Positions 40,001-53,000 of a DNA stretch of 64,000 bases are shown in pieces. The notes under the pieces were generated by a model. The model worked only from the letters and a program-made list of their open reading frames with translations, ran no database searches and had not been told where the DNA came from. This DNA comes from Ostrea edulis (Eukaryota). The stretch's first letter is position 1; each line of letters begins with the position of its first letter. Position numbers and translations under genes: made by a program. The stretch is from NCBI RefSeq assembly GCF_947568905.1, contig NC_079165.1, forward strand, positions 13,144,001 to 13,208,000, written 5' to 3'.

Positions 40001-40949
40001 ATGGTAATGATTCTGTTCTGAGTGTGTGTGAGTATGTGAATACTACCGTCTGTGTGCATCTTTAGCTGAATATTGAATACTGTATACAGAGTAATTTTCC
40101 TGTGGTGTTTTTGCCGCCCTTTTACACTCTCAAGCGGATGCGCTCCGTTTTAAACTCGCCCAGACACAAATGTTTTAGAAGACAAAGAAAGCGGTTTTGA
40201 GTTGCCTTTAATTCACCTACTGACACCGAGGGCGAAAGTGGTGAATATTTCCCAGTATACAGTACTAAAGTATTTTATCGGATTTGATATTCCGTGTTTT
40301 AATATTGTATCATTTTTTTTTTTATATTTCAGTTGTATTAATTATTAAAGAAGTAGCTATGCCCTTAACATTCTTATTTTGGTTAAATGTTACTAAATTC
40401 ATGAAGTTTTAGTTGAAAAGATTCACGTAAAATAGAAATAAGCCATAAAATGGGTTTTAACCGTGAGTTCCCAGGTTTCGTGATTGATACCAGGCTCTGG
40501 GGTTATAGCACTTAGACGAGCTCATGTTTGATCTCAGTCTTGCTTTTATGAAAGGAACAAATAGTGAAAAAGAGATCAAACGTCTGCATAAAAACAGACA
40601 AAAATCAAACCACGGCGATATGTATGTGTAGATTATGTTTGTCAAGGACACCATTATTACTCTGAAGTAATTATAAGTTATCGGTGTGATAAACGCCCTT
40701 GTTATGGATGATTTGATTGGTTCTAGAATTATCTGGTTAAGTCATGTGCGTCTCTGTATGTCATATCGTGAGGCAGCTGACAGTCCGGCGATCAAAATTA
40801 GATCCCACATTGTGGGGTTGATCACTGTTCATTATACTTGCCTTTCATTTTGCTATCCATGTAAGCGAATCTACAAATCTAGCATGTTGGTGTCAGCTGC
40901 AACAATAGTATTCCTGGGACAAAATTGAACCAGAGCCATGGCTTCTTTA

Positions 40950-42840
40950 TATAACCCTTAATATTCAGTCAGTATGTAAGAATTCGCAGGGAAGCTCAAA
41001 ATTTTGATATGAGTACAAGAAAGGTTCTTGCCAACTACAGAATGGTCAACATCAACACCAATGTTTAAAGTGTCGAAACAAACACCCTGTTATTCATTGC
41101 CCTGATAAACAAGTTGTACAGATATCCTCATCCTCAAGGACTTTTCAAGCTCCCTCATCAGGTTTTTCCTATCCAGATTTATCATTAGAAATCTGGAAAA
41201 AATATCGATCTGGAGAATTTCAAAATCACTGCTAGATGTGTTACAAAAAACCCACAACACAACAACAGTTACACAGAGAATTACAATATGTAATATGTTC
41301 TCTTGTTTTTGTGTGTGTAAAAGCTATTTCATCTGCTTGGGCCTTCAATAGAAGATTTTGTGATGTTATGTGTGGAGTAAGACATTCAAGTCATTTCATT
41401 AGAATAACAATGGAAATGAAATCCGACCTTCGTGTGTGGTTAAGATTTTCTGCACAAATTTAATGGTAGTTTGAATTCCATGGATGTTAATTGGTTATCG
41501 TATGACAAACTTTATCTCTATACTGATAGTGCAGGTAATCTACAATTAGTATGCAGCGTTTACTTGCATGGTCAGTCTGCATATTTTGGTTGACCAGAAA
41601 ACTGAGTCCAGACATTATGTCAGATATAACATTTCTAAAGTTAGTGCCAAGTGACATTGCAATTTTCTTATTCAAGACTCATTTTCTCGACAGGAAGATA
41701 CTTCACACTGACAATAAAGCTTTGGTTTCCAATTTAAACAAAACAAACATAATGAAGATCACCATATATTATGGAGCTGATTAGACTCATAGGTTTTACA
41801 TTCCATAGCAAACATTATTTAATGTAAAAATTGTCACATATATGGTTATAACATTGCAATAGCTGATTCTATTTCTAACAAACAGTGAACCAGGTTTTGT
41901 GTTCTCGCCTAAAAATACGGTCAACACCCGATTCTTATTCCAGATTTTTTTAATGATCTTGGAACTGAAATTAAACGCTTGACGCTCTATTCGGTATCAG
42001 ACAAACATACTGAACTAGTTTAAAACGTTTTGAGGAATTCAGAATTATATATGAACTGTGTTCAATTTGACTTCACCTGTTTCACAAATTTCTATGTTTA
42101 TCCTTCATTTACCATTGCAAGATTCGGTTCATGCTATGATACCATCCAATATATCAGGAATCAGTTTACAAATGCAAAATTTTGGGATTCAGCGACAACA
42201 CAATTTATCTAGTTAGGAAATTATTAGAAAGAATCAAAACGTCAAACCATTCAGAAGATTGTAGACTTCCAATCGCAATCTACATTCTAGAGAAGCTTAT
42301 GTAAATAATTTCTTTAGTTTGTTCGTCAAACTCTGAGGCTATTATTTTTTCAAAGGCTTATTAAGTAGCTTATATACTTTCCTTAAAGTTAATGAATTTA
42401 CTTTAAGTAGTTCAAAGCAAAAAATAAAATAATTTCTTTTAAACATATAAAAATTGACAAAAACGAAGATTCTGTGGAAAATTTCATAGAGTTTTTTTTA
42501 AAAAATCGACCGACTTGGGAAAGGGGCATCCACATTGTTGCAACAAAGAATTATGTCTGTCCAGTTGGTGGTAGAAAAGGTACATCGCAATGAAGCCAAA
42601 TTTTGATGGTCAGCTATTTATACATTTGGATGGTAGTCCTCTCACAAGGTTTCAGTTCTGATAAGTATTAGATAAGTTGCTTGAAGTCACCGTCCTTCCA
42701 AACACTCGATACAAATCCCAATCTTTCCGTATTGGGGTCGCATCAGATAGTTTCTCCTACGGATATTCGGAAACAGAAATAAAAAAGCAAGGTAGATGGA
42801 TTTCGAATGCCTTCAAAAGGTATATAAGAATTAAATGATG
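40950..42840 (+). mobile_element. Degenerate DIRS/Ngaro tyrosine-recombinase retrotransposon
   Basis: In order, with stops and frameshifts: RT (ELQ...KAI..AFNRRFCD.MCG..HFIRI..MKSDLRVWL), RNase H (DITFLKLVP, HTDNKALV, IADSIS), tyrosine recombinase (RLPI, CPV, LFIHLDGSPLTRFQF, SFRIG, GRW.SNAFKRYIR). Confidence 0.8.
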
Positions 42841-43827
42841 TCCTCAATTGTTTTTCATATCTTTATCTAGAAAGTGAAAAAAATATTTTTATTGTTAGTT
42901 GTTCAATTATTAAATGAATGTTCTACTATGCAAGAAAATCCATATATAGTGTCGATTTGGGTTTAAGACGAAGAAATTACAGAATTTGTTGGCAAGGAAA
43001 GGGAGGTATGAAATGATTTTACCTTATTCCAAAAATTAGGCTTTTGTTGAGATATGAATCCCCATCAAAATTTTAATTATCCATTTGGAAGGTAAAATTC
43101 AACTATTGCAACTTGTCTTCATCGTCTTTAATAATGGATTTATTGTAGAATCAAATATTTTAAGTTCTTATAATGTTTTGTTCTTAAATAAAAAAACCCA
43201 CAACCAAAATATAAGAATATTATACGTGTAACGTTACATAAAATGTTGAAGAGAAAAGTGTAAACTTTAGAAAATCATAACGCATTAGATACTGGTAAAA
43301 GGAATTTCACTGAAATATTTCATATTTTTAATTGTTGATATTAGACCTATCAAAAATGTCAAAATCTCATTTGGTTAAAAAAACACCTCAATAAGCCCGA
43401 TTTTCTGTTCGCTCATCACATATATTTATGAGATTGATCACTGTTTATTATCGTTACTTTTGTATATCCAAACCACAGTTTGCAATATTCTATCGATTTC
43501 ATATAATTTGATAATGTTATCAATCATATTTATCTTTGAATCACGAATCCTGAATTTAAAAAAAAATCTCAATTGATGAATAATTGTAGATAAAGAAAGA
43601 CAACTAAGATGACAACCTATAAAATCATTACAAGTATTTTTCTAATCCTACGAATACAAAGGCAAACTATTAAATGCATGTTTGTTACTTCTGAGTCTTC
43701 TGATAAACTAATATACATGTATATGTTATACTTCTGTAGGTCGTCAACGTAGTCGTCTCTCTTTATCTAATGTTGAATTGAGACTTTTGTACAAAATTGG
43801 ACTCTGTGTTTCACTATTTTATGATGA

Positions 43828-44310
43828 AAGGGGAAGATAACGAACAGTGATCGATCTCATAACGCAATACAAAATAAATAGTTAGACAAACACGGACCCC
43901 TGGACACACCAGAGATGGGATCAGGTGCCCAGGAGGAGTGCGCATCCGCTGTCGACCAGTCACACCCTCGTGAGCCCTACCGGTATATCTTGATCAGGTA
44001 AACGAAGTTATTCGTAGGCAAAATCCGTGTGCCAAGAGTGGCCTAACAATGATATGAAACACGTCAGACAGTTTTTGACCCAATGATAAGTTGTATTGGC
44101 AAACCTGATCGTTTTAACGACCATAGAATTTGCAAAATGCTGACTTTAAACGAAACTGTTGGAACCCCTGTACCATCAACGGGTTTTCAGTAGCTTGGCT
44201 TGATTAAAAACTGACCATACGCAGAACAAGCTCTTGTGTATCGAGTCAGTTGAGAGATATAAACACCATATGCAAGTTATAATGGGATATTGCTACATAA
44301 ATATGGGAAG
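43828..44310 (-). mobile_element. Naiad 3' fragment (RT end + tail)
   Basis: Inverse match to about 53320-53794. Confidence 0.85.
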
Positions 44311-44475
44311 TTGATGTGTTTTTGTGGTTGTGACGTGCATCAAAGCGTATTCCTTCAGTTCCACATTCAGCGATATATTTCTGAAATGTTACCATATGTA
44401 CCATTAAAATTAGTTACCAATATCAAATAATCGAAAAAATCTCCACATTCTTCATGATCATCGTATTTCGACATG

Positions 44476-44718
44476 GGGATCCGGGTTAGCATAGGTCCCC
44501 AGTATCTCTTGCTTATTGTAAGAGGCGACTATATGGGATGGTCCTTCGGATGAGATCTCCAACACTGACACCCCGTGTCAAAGCAGACCCCTCCCTGCTC
44601 AAAGGCCGTAAGCACAAAACATAGTCCTGACTTTTTCAGCCCTTCACCGGCAATGGTGACGTCTCTATATGAGTGAAATATTCTCGAGCAGGACATTAAA
44701 CAATATACAACCAACCAA
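44476..44718 (-). mobile_element. SINE-like repeat copy
   Basis: Same family as 19944-20186. Confidence 0.65.
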
Positions 44719-45698
44719 CTTACCATAGTTTATCAGTTAATCTGCGCTAGAGGTTTATCTCAGTCATAATAATGATATTCTACATTCGATATGAAAACCA
44801 ACAACCATATTGATTTTCTGTACCCCTACCCAGTTCACAAATAAAGAACACATAAGAATTGACAAGCTTTTTTGGTGTATTATGCATTAAGTACTAGACG
44901 AATGTGATGGAATAGGATACATGGCTAAAATTTGGTCGTCAGCTGACGAATATCATACAGTTCCAGAGGAAAATCAAGCCAAGCATCAGCTAGAAGAAAG
45001 GTGAAGATAATGAACAGTAATCAATTTCATAACTCCTATAAGGAATACAAAACAGAGAGTTGGGCAAACACGAACTCCTGGATACACCCGACAAAAGACA
45101 CTGTTTGATATCTAGACAAAAGACTAGAATTTGAAATTCAGTACTGTGAATGTGGTTATAATGGTAGTTTTTGTCCATTGCGACAATTCAAAGATGCACT
45201 TCGTTTCTTCGCATCAAATGCAATAATTAAAAACATAAAGGACTACATGAAGGACAAACAGAAACACTGTTGTATTGTAAACAGTGACCCGATTTCTTGG
45301 ACATTATCTGGTAGTGAACAAGCTAATTTCGATAAAATGTTATAAGCTATAATCATAAGGCGCAAACTTTCAGAACAGTACCGGACCATTTCGATATCTG
45401 ACATATTAAACACTTTTCGACTTAGTACTTACCTTCAAGATCCCTGTCACCATAGAACATGTAAGACCAAAATTAAAAACTTTTTTGCGTTTATTATGTG
45501 TTGTACGTATCAGCAACTGTTAATTAATTATTACAAAAAGTCGTAATAGTGACTTCTATATAATTACGGAAAAAAACATTTAAGAACATCGAAAATGTCA
45601 AATGAATATCGTATGTGTCAAATTGTTGGTCTCGGGGGGGGGGGGGGGGGGGTCCATCGTTGAATGAGCTGTAGATAAGTAAAATAAATATAAATCTT

Positions 45699-45923
45699 CA
45701 TAAAATGATGAATATGTATTATAGGTATAACTAACATAGAACACATAAAATGATGAATATGTATTATATGTATAACTAACATTGAACACATAAAATGATG
45801 AATATGTATTATAGGTATAACTAACATTGAACACATAAAATGATGAATATGTATTATAGGTATAACTAACATTCAACACATAAAATGATGAATATGTATT
45901 ATAGGTATAACTAACATTGAACA
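45699..45923. repeat. 45-bp minisatellite, 5 copies
   Basis: Unit cataaaatgatgaatatgtattataggtataactaacattgaaca starting at 45699, 45744, 45789, 45834, 45879. Confidence 0.95.
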
Positions 45924-46685
45924 CCTACTACACAAATTTATATAAAAAATTAGCATTCTTTTAGGACTGTAGATTTAATTAATGTCTCCTGCTTCGCATT
46001 ATATTACTTTTAAAAGTAATGCACTATGTATTTACAATACATCATTTTTTTCTGATGCCGTACATTTTGCGCTGTATATTCTTTTCATTAATGATTTAAG
46101 TAATATTTGGATCAGAGATGGTTATTTCTGATTTCGCGATCGTTCGTGTAAAGATCGTTCGTGCAACAGGTAAAATCGCTCATTCGGCTGATGTTTATGG
46201 TGCGTGTATAGTTGTGATGTGTGGAGTTTGACATGAATGTTTTACATAGGTGACTGTATGAATTTTGGTACCGCTGTTAATGACGTCATCCCCAGACAGA
46301 CAGAAGTAGGTATCCATCAATCATATTATCATTTTCTTTGTGCAATATAATCTTCACTAAGGCAGTTTTGTTTGATTATTTAATATACGTGCTTTATAGG
46401 AACAATTGTAGATAAGGAACAGTGATCCATCTCATAAACCTTATAAAGAATACAAAATGACGAGAACGGCAAACACGGACCCCTGGACATATCAGATGTA
46501 AGATCAGGTGTCTAGGAGTGGTAAGATTTCTCTGTTCACAGGTCACACCCGCCGTGTGCCCTCGTTTGTTTTTTAAATCCGTAATCGAAATCCGTTTGTC
46601 AAGAACGGCTTAACAATTGGTATGAAATATATCAGATAGCATTCGACCCGGTAATAGCTTGTATTTGTAAATTAATCAGTATGAC

Positions 46686-47020
46686 CCCTAGGTAGAGGCC
46701 TCTGCTGGTGGACTGATAGTCCCCGAGGGTCTCTACAGCCTAGTGGCTAAGTACTCAGTTACTATCTTGAAATACGGATGTATATTTAATTGCTGTTACA
46801 AAATTTAGAAAGTCATTTCAAAATTAAGGATTATCTCCCTCACGCATAGCTCTTATCCTTAGACGAATTTGACTCCACTTTTTTGGCACACTGTTTTCCC
46901 CTAAAATAGCTCTAAACTTCATCGTTATTTCGGATTTCAAACATTTCAGTTGAGCATTACTGAAAACACATTCTTTGTCGAAATGCGCATCTGGTGCATC
47001 AAAATTGATACCTTATAAGA
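46686..47020 (+). mobile_element. Second copy of the hammerhead-bearing repeat
   Basis: Inverse match to 55280-55625. Hammerhead-like motif at 46954-46997: gcatta CTGAAAA caca ttctt tgtc GAA atgcgcat C tggtgc. Confidence 0.7.
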
Positions 47021-47021
47021 T

Positions 47022-47400
47022 AAGCTACTGACAAACAAGTTGATGGTACAGGGATTTCAACAGTCTTGATTGAAGTCAGCATTTCGCAAATTCTATGGTC
47101 GTTATAACGATCTAGTTCGTCAATACAACCTCGCATTGGGTCAAATGCTGTCTGACGTGTTTCATACCGATTGTTAAGCCGTTCTTGGCACACTGATTTT
47201 GACTGCGGATAACTCCGTCTACCTGATCAGGATATGGGGCTCACGGCGGGTGTGACCGGTCAACAGGGGATGCTTACTCCTCCTAGGCACCTGATCTCAC
47301 CTCTGGTGTGTCCAGGGGTCCGTGTTTGCCCAACTATCTATTTTGTATTGCTTGTAGGAGTTATGAGATTGATCACTGTTCGTTATCTTCACCTTGCATT
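47022..47400 (+). mobile_element. Young Naiad 3' fragment
   Basis: Nearly identical to 53415-53794. Confidence 0.9.
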
Positions 47401-48589
47401 TACATCATCACAACGACAATAGAATTTGCGAAAAATTTACTTTAAACAAGATTGTTGAAACATCAATTTATTTGTCAGTAGCCTGTCTCGATTTTATTCT
47501 TTTTTGTTCATGATGAAGGACTGGTGATAACTTTATCACGATATTTTCAAATACGATATAGAAGTAGCACAAACACCGGTGTTGTGAGGAATCGAGAGAA
47601 AACTTTGTTTTTATTCTGTTGTCGTCTGTTCCTGAATATTGGATTCACATTAATTTCCCAAAAATATTTCTCCCAGACGTACCCAGTAAATACACTGTAG
47701 TTGTAAAAATTCATAAAGGGATCGGTGTACAAAGACAAAGATTTTGGTTTAGGATATGGTACTCATTAACTATATTTCCTACATGGTCATTATTTGTCTA
47801 AGCATAATTACAGTTAAACATTATTCCGCTTTATCATCATAAAAGTTACTGGTTCACTCAAGATATACGTCTCATCTGCAGCTACACTATTGAATGTGTC
47901 GCCGCCTCCAATCTGCGATCAACAGCAGAACAGTAGCTAGTTGCAGGACTATCCAGACCCTATCGTCACGTCTACTGATGAGATTCAAGAAATATTTCTG
48001 AATTTTTATTTCTCTTGTAAGTTGAACAGTGTCCATTGACATAGTTTGATTCGTGAAAACCTTATTTCTTTTTTCATGCTTCTTAAAAAACAAAATACTG
48101 ATTTTGATTTGAGTGCTGCATATGAGATACAGAATCCCACTTGCATTGCAAACAAATGAATTGATGATGCGGACCACTGAGGACTATTGCACTAAGTGGC
48201 ATTTATTCCATTCACCTTTATAAAGATTTACTACTCATTTATTCATTCTAGCTACTGGAAAAATCCCCTTTACTGCGGCAATAAACCGGCATGTGTTTGC
48301 TCCACCCTTATCCCTACCTCAGGTAAACAATTCATACAGACACACCGCTATTGTTTTTGTATCAACACACCCACATCAGTGATTTGTAATGACATCAATG
48401 TTTTTGGGTAAGGAAGCCCTGTTTAAAGGACTTAAGAACGTTTCCATATTCCGAATGTATCAAAATGTTGCATGTTCAACAAGATCACCATATCATCAAT
48501 TACGAAAGACTGTACATTGCATTATAGATATATTCATTGGAATAGACATAGAATTTGTGAGTTACGGATAATTTAAAATCAGGTGCAAA

Positions 48590-50020
48590 ACATCTTATTC
48601 CACACACAAATACTTTGAAGTTGAAATAAAAAATATGCTGGAGTTCCCCATTGACAATATCTTTATAGTCGTTCGTGATCAGGTCTTCCAACAGTTTGTT
48701 GGAATTTCCATGGGCACGGATTCTGCTCCTTTGTTAGCTGACCTGTTTTTATATTCATAAGAAGCCAAATTTACTCAAAAGCTTGTACATGAGAAGAAAA
48801 AATATTTTTTGTCGTGGCCTTCAACTCGACATTTATATATATCGAAGACGTTTTATCTATCAGCAATAATCATTTTCATTTATATATCAATTCGATATCT
48901 CCCTGTGAACTCGAAATAAAAGACATCACTGAGTTATATTCATTTCTACTTCGTACTTAGATATTTATTGAAAGTAGATATTAATGGCAAACTATCAACT
49001 CAACTTTACGACAAAAAGGATTATTCCAGTTTCTCCATTGTCAACTTCCCATATCTATGTAGCAATATTCCATTATCACCTGCATATGGTGTTTATATCT
49101 CTCAATTGATTCGATACGCAAGAGCTTGTTCTGCGTATGATCAGTTTTTAAATCGAGGCAAGCTACTGACAAACAGGTTGATGGTGCAGGGATTTTGAAC
49201 TTTAGAGTATTTCTGCGTGGAATTAAAGTGATGTTTACCAAAGTAATTTATTGGATGACTGATCACTAGATAGGGATATTTGCGTTTTTATCGTGATGAA
49301 TGGTCGTGTAAAGTGTTGAAAAATCATACGTTTTGATGTTGTTGATTTGAGAAATGTTTTGCGATTTCAAGTTTACTAAAAGTTCTTTTTTTTAGAATCC
49401 ACATTTGATTTATCGTTTCTGACATTTGTCGTCGCACAGTACGTTTGAAGTTTCTCCTTCACAGGTGTTAATATGTTTGTGATGAGCAAAGATAGTGGCT
49501 TGGTAGAACATATACTGGATCTAGCAATGTATCTTTGTTTGTAAGGGGTTTTATGAAGTTTAGGAATCCAATATAGGTAAGGTAACTTATATTCATCCGA
49601 CCCATTGACTGGGATATTAAATGTGTCTACAACTGGAGCATGGTTTTGAAAAAAAATTCGTTTTTTGAAAGGGAAGTTGGAGTATAAGTACGATTAGCAA
49701 AAGTGGAATGAATGCCAAGTTAGTTTAAAATATAGTTGTAATAATGAGACAATGTTGTTACAAGCTTTGTCAGCTTGAACCAAAACATATTCCTCATATA
49801 ACCTATCTAATTCTTTTATTACTTTTGGTTCACACAGAAGGATAGATGGTACGTACCTTGTTTTAATATGTCTAATGCGGGATTTTGATATTCCTCTTAT
49901 ACTTTTAATCCATAATGACAATGTATCAAGTTCTTCTTTTTCATATTTAGCCCATCGTCTGGCATAATCCTCGACATAACTCATAATAGAGATGAAGTTC
50001 TGTCGCCAATTGAAAGACCG
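48590..50020. mobile_element. Internally inverted Naiad RT fragment
   Basis: 48590-49196 (+) corresponds to about 52855-53450; 49197-50020 (-) corresponds to about 51990-52890. Confidence 0.8.
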
Positions 50021-53000
50021 ATATTAAATGTATTTAGGAACTTTTAGAATAAGTAATTTAAGGTTCTCATTTTTAGGGATTCCTCAGATGCTGAATGGTA
50101 CTGACTACTGGGTGCCTTCTGAAGACCATCGATGTTGTGATACTGGAAGTAGAGAACCAGTCACCATTTCTACTGATTGTCAGACCATCATTTCCATGGA
50201 TCAGATGGATTACACGGAGAAATATTTAAATGACAAAATTTCATTTTTCAGAAAGGTGTTCGTGGAGACGGTCTGATGCACCAGTGAGGCAATATACAGG
50301 AATGCATTCGATATCATCATTATTTGGCCTGTTCAATATTGTTTATTCAAAATATGCAGACTTGAAATATCGAAATAGTCCCAAGACTACAGATGAAAAA
50401 AAAAATATCTGCAAGGAGCTAAGAAACAACTTGGACCTGCTCGCAAACGAACAATGTTTCATGAATTTATACTGACACTTGTACGTTTAAGATTAAACAT
50501 ATTAGGATTTGTTTTGTCTGATTTATTTGGAATAGCGAATTCAAGTGTTTCGCTTTTTTTTTCGTTAAATGGATAACTCTTCTTTCTAGATGCTTTAAGA
50601 TGTTGATAAAATGACCAAGTAGAAAGCAAGTTCAGAGGTACATGTATATGCCAAAATTATTTAGTAGTCTCTATCCCAGAACTAGGGTGATGATTGTACA
50701 GAGTTCTTTTTCAACGACCAAGATCCCCGTCTGCCCAGTCTGATACATACAGCAGATATAAAGCTAAAAACACTGGTAAATGTTCGCTTGGAATTTCAGG
50801 TACTTTTGATTTTGTCTCAGATGTCTATGGTGGTAATGTTTCTGACAGGTATAATACAGAATATTCCAATTTTCTTGAATTGGTTGTGGAAGAAGATGAT
50901 GTCATGGCTGATAGGGGGTTTACAATCAAAAATTTCTTAACAAAAAAAAAGAAAAGAAAGCTACTCTTAATATGCCTCCATTTACTAGAAAATGTACATT
51001 GGGCAAAAAAAAAAATTGAATGTGAATGAAATAAAGCAAACCAGGAAAATTGCAAAGATGCAATACATGTTGAGCGAGCTCTTCAACGCTTAAAACAGTT
51101 CAAGACCACTCCATCTTGTCCATGAGGGTAAGGATTTTAGAAAAAAAATTACCATTACACAAACAATCCTACATTAAGCACCCCTTTTCGTAGACAACGA
51201 GAAGATCACCGGATCAGGACCCTAGGCACTGCATTTCCATATGGATGCAATGATAATGTATATGATGTGGGAAATTTGACTAGTCCACAAGGAAATAACG
51301 TTAATGTGATGGGACTCTTTCCCAATACCCTAAGACGAAAACGCAGTCACGGACATTGTTCATATAAAAGACCAAGTATAAATGATGCCACGTTTGATTC
51401 ACTTTTGCCTCATGTCAACAGACAATTGGGTCCACATCATATTCGTAAAAAACTTTACTCTATTCCACTGAGGGTTTTACATACGTTATTTGAAGAAGCT
51501 ATGGCTAGTCTATACTTGGATTTTTCAACACCTGAATATAGACTGAACTCTATGATTATGGATGTTGCCTACCACAGGCTCTATAAACCAGCACGGACCA
51601 TGGATGATATTCCTTCCAAATCATGCCGTCAGTTCCTTAAACTCAAATTTACAAACAAAGGAATAGATGCCGTCAACATAAGCAACATTCTTCGTCATAA
51701 AAGGGTTCAGTCGTGTATTCCAACTTATTTCAAGTTCAAGTCTACACCCTGTATTTCCTACAGCTATACTTCTACTATTGCATCCAAACTTTTTAATTAT
51801 AAACAAACTTTGCAGTGCTTAGATATAGACCATCTTATACGTAATCCACCAACATGTTCTTGTTCTTCATCTTCTTTCAACTACAGTCCAGCTGGACATG
51901 TCATTACTGGTGATGTTGATATAGTTGAAAATGAGGACCTCAAATCACTTATTCTTAAAGGTCCTAAATACAGAGAACCTCGGTCTTTTAATTGGCGACA
52001 GAACTTCATCTCTATTATGAGTTCTGTTGAAGATTATGCCACACGATGGGCTAAATATGAACAAGAAGAACTTAATACATTGTCAAAATGGGTTAAAAGC
52101 ATAAGAGGGATATTAAAATCTCGCATTAGAAACATGAAAACAAAAGTATGTACCATATATCCTTCTGTATTAGTAAACCAGAAGTGATAAAAGAATTAGA
52201 TAGGTTACATGAGGAATATGTTTTGGTTCCAGCTGACAAAGCTAGTAACAACATTGTCTTTGTTTGTAAGGCTCATTATTACAACTGTATTTTAAACGAA
52301 CTTGGCATTAATTCCACTTTTGGTAATCATACTTATACTCCAACTGCCCTTTCAAAAGACGAAATTCTTCAAAACCATGCTTCATTTTTAGACACATTTA
52401 ATATTCCAGTCAATGAGTCAAATGAATATGAGTTACCGTACCTATACTGGATTCCTAAACTACATAAAAACCCTTACAAACAAAGATACATTGCTGGATC
52501 CAGTAAGTGCTCTACCAAGCCCCTATCGTTGCTCCTCACGAAAATGTTAACAGCTGTGAAGGAGAAACTTCAAACTTACTGTGCAATTACATGTGCCAGA
52601 AGTGGTGTTAATCAAATGTGGATTCTAAAAAATTCTAAAGAACTTTTAGTAAACTTGAAATCACAGAATTTTTCCCAAATCAATAGCATTAAAACCTATG
52701 ACTTTTCAACACTATACACGACCATTCCTCACGATAAATTAATGACTAGACTTTTTGACATCATAGACAGTTGCTTCTTCAACAAAAACGGAAAACGGAA
52801 ATATTCATATCTAGTGATCAGTCATTCAAAAACTTACTTTGTTAAACACCACTCTGATTCCACGCACAAGTACTCTGAAGTTGAAATAAAAAATATGCTA
52901 GAGATTCTCATTGACAATATCTTCGTGGTTTTTGGTGATCAGGTCTTCCAACAATCGGTTGGAATTCCCATGGGCACGAATTGTGCTCCTTTGTTAGCTA

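Larger units (their letters stand above)
46000..48480 (+). pseudogene. Inverted duplicate of laccase exons 10-11 with flanking introns (mirrors about 25340-27100), interrupted by an insertion at 46686-47400
   Basis: 47882-48015 matches exon 10 (IEC.AAS.LRSTAEQ...DEIQEIFLNF.FS, donor gtaagt) with a deletion and an in-frame TAG. 48255-48330 matches exon 11. Intron sequence aligns on both sides. Confidence 0.85.

Noticed and set aside
39606-40928. ORFs 39606-39791, 40457-40654, 40686-40928 as upstream exons of the 38697 ORF
   Set aside because: No recognisable motifs and no phase-consistent splice chain could be built.
45598-45924. Repetitive ORFs (NVSYTYNTYSSFYVF)n and (MLVIPIIHIHHFMC)n
   Set aside because: They are translations of the 45-bp minisatellite plus a G homopolymer, with no splice or start context.
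47059-47075. In-frame TGA in a Naiad fragment as possible selenocysteine
   Set aside because: It replaces CGA (Arg) seen in the long copy, so it is a CpG transition; no SECIS was recognised.
48590-49196. Idea that one inversion flipped both the laccase exon 10-11 copy and the Naiad piece
   Set aside because: Element coordinates show the Naiad inversion covers only about 600 bp and ends at 48590, short of the laccase block.
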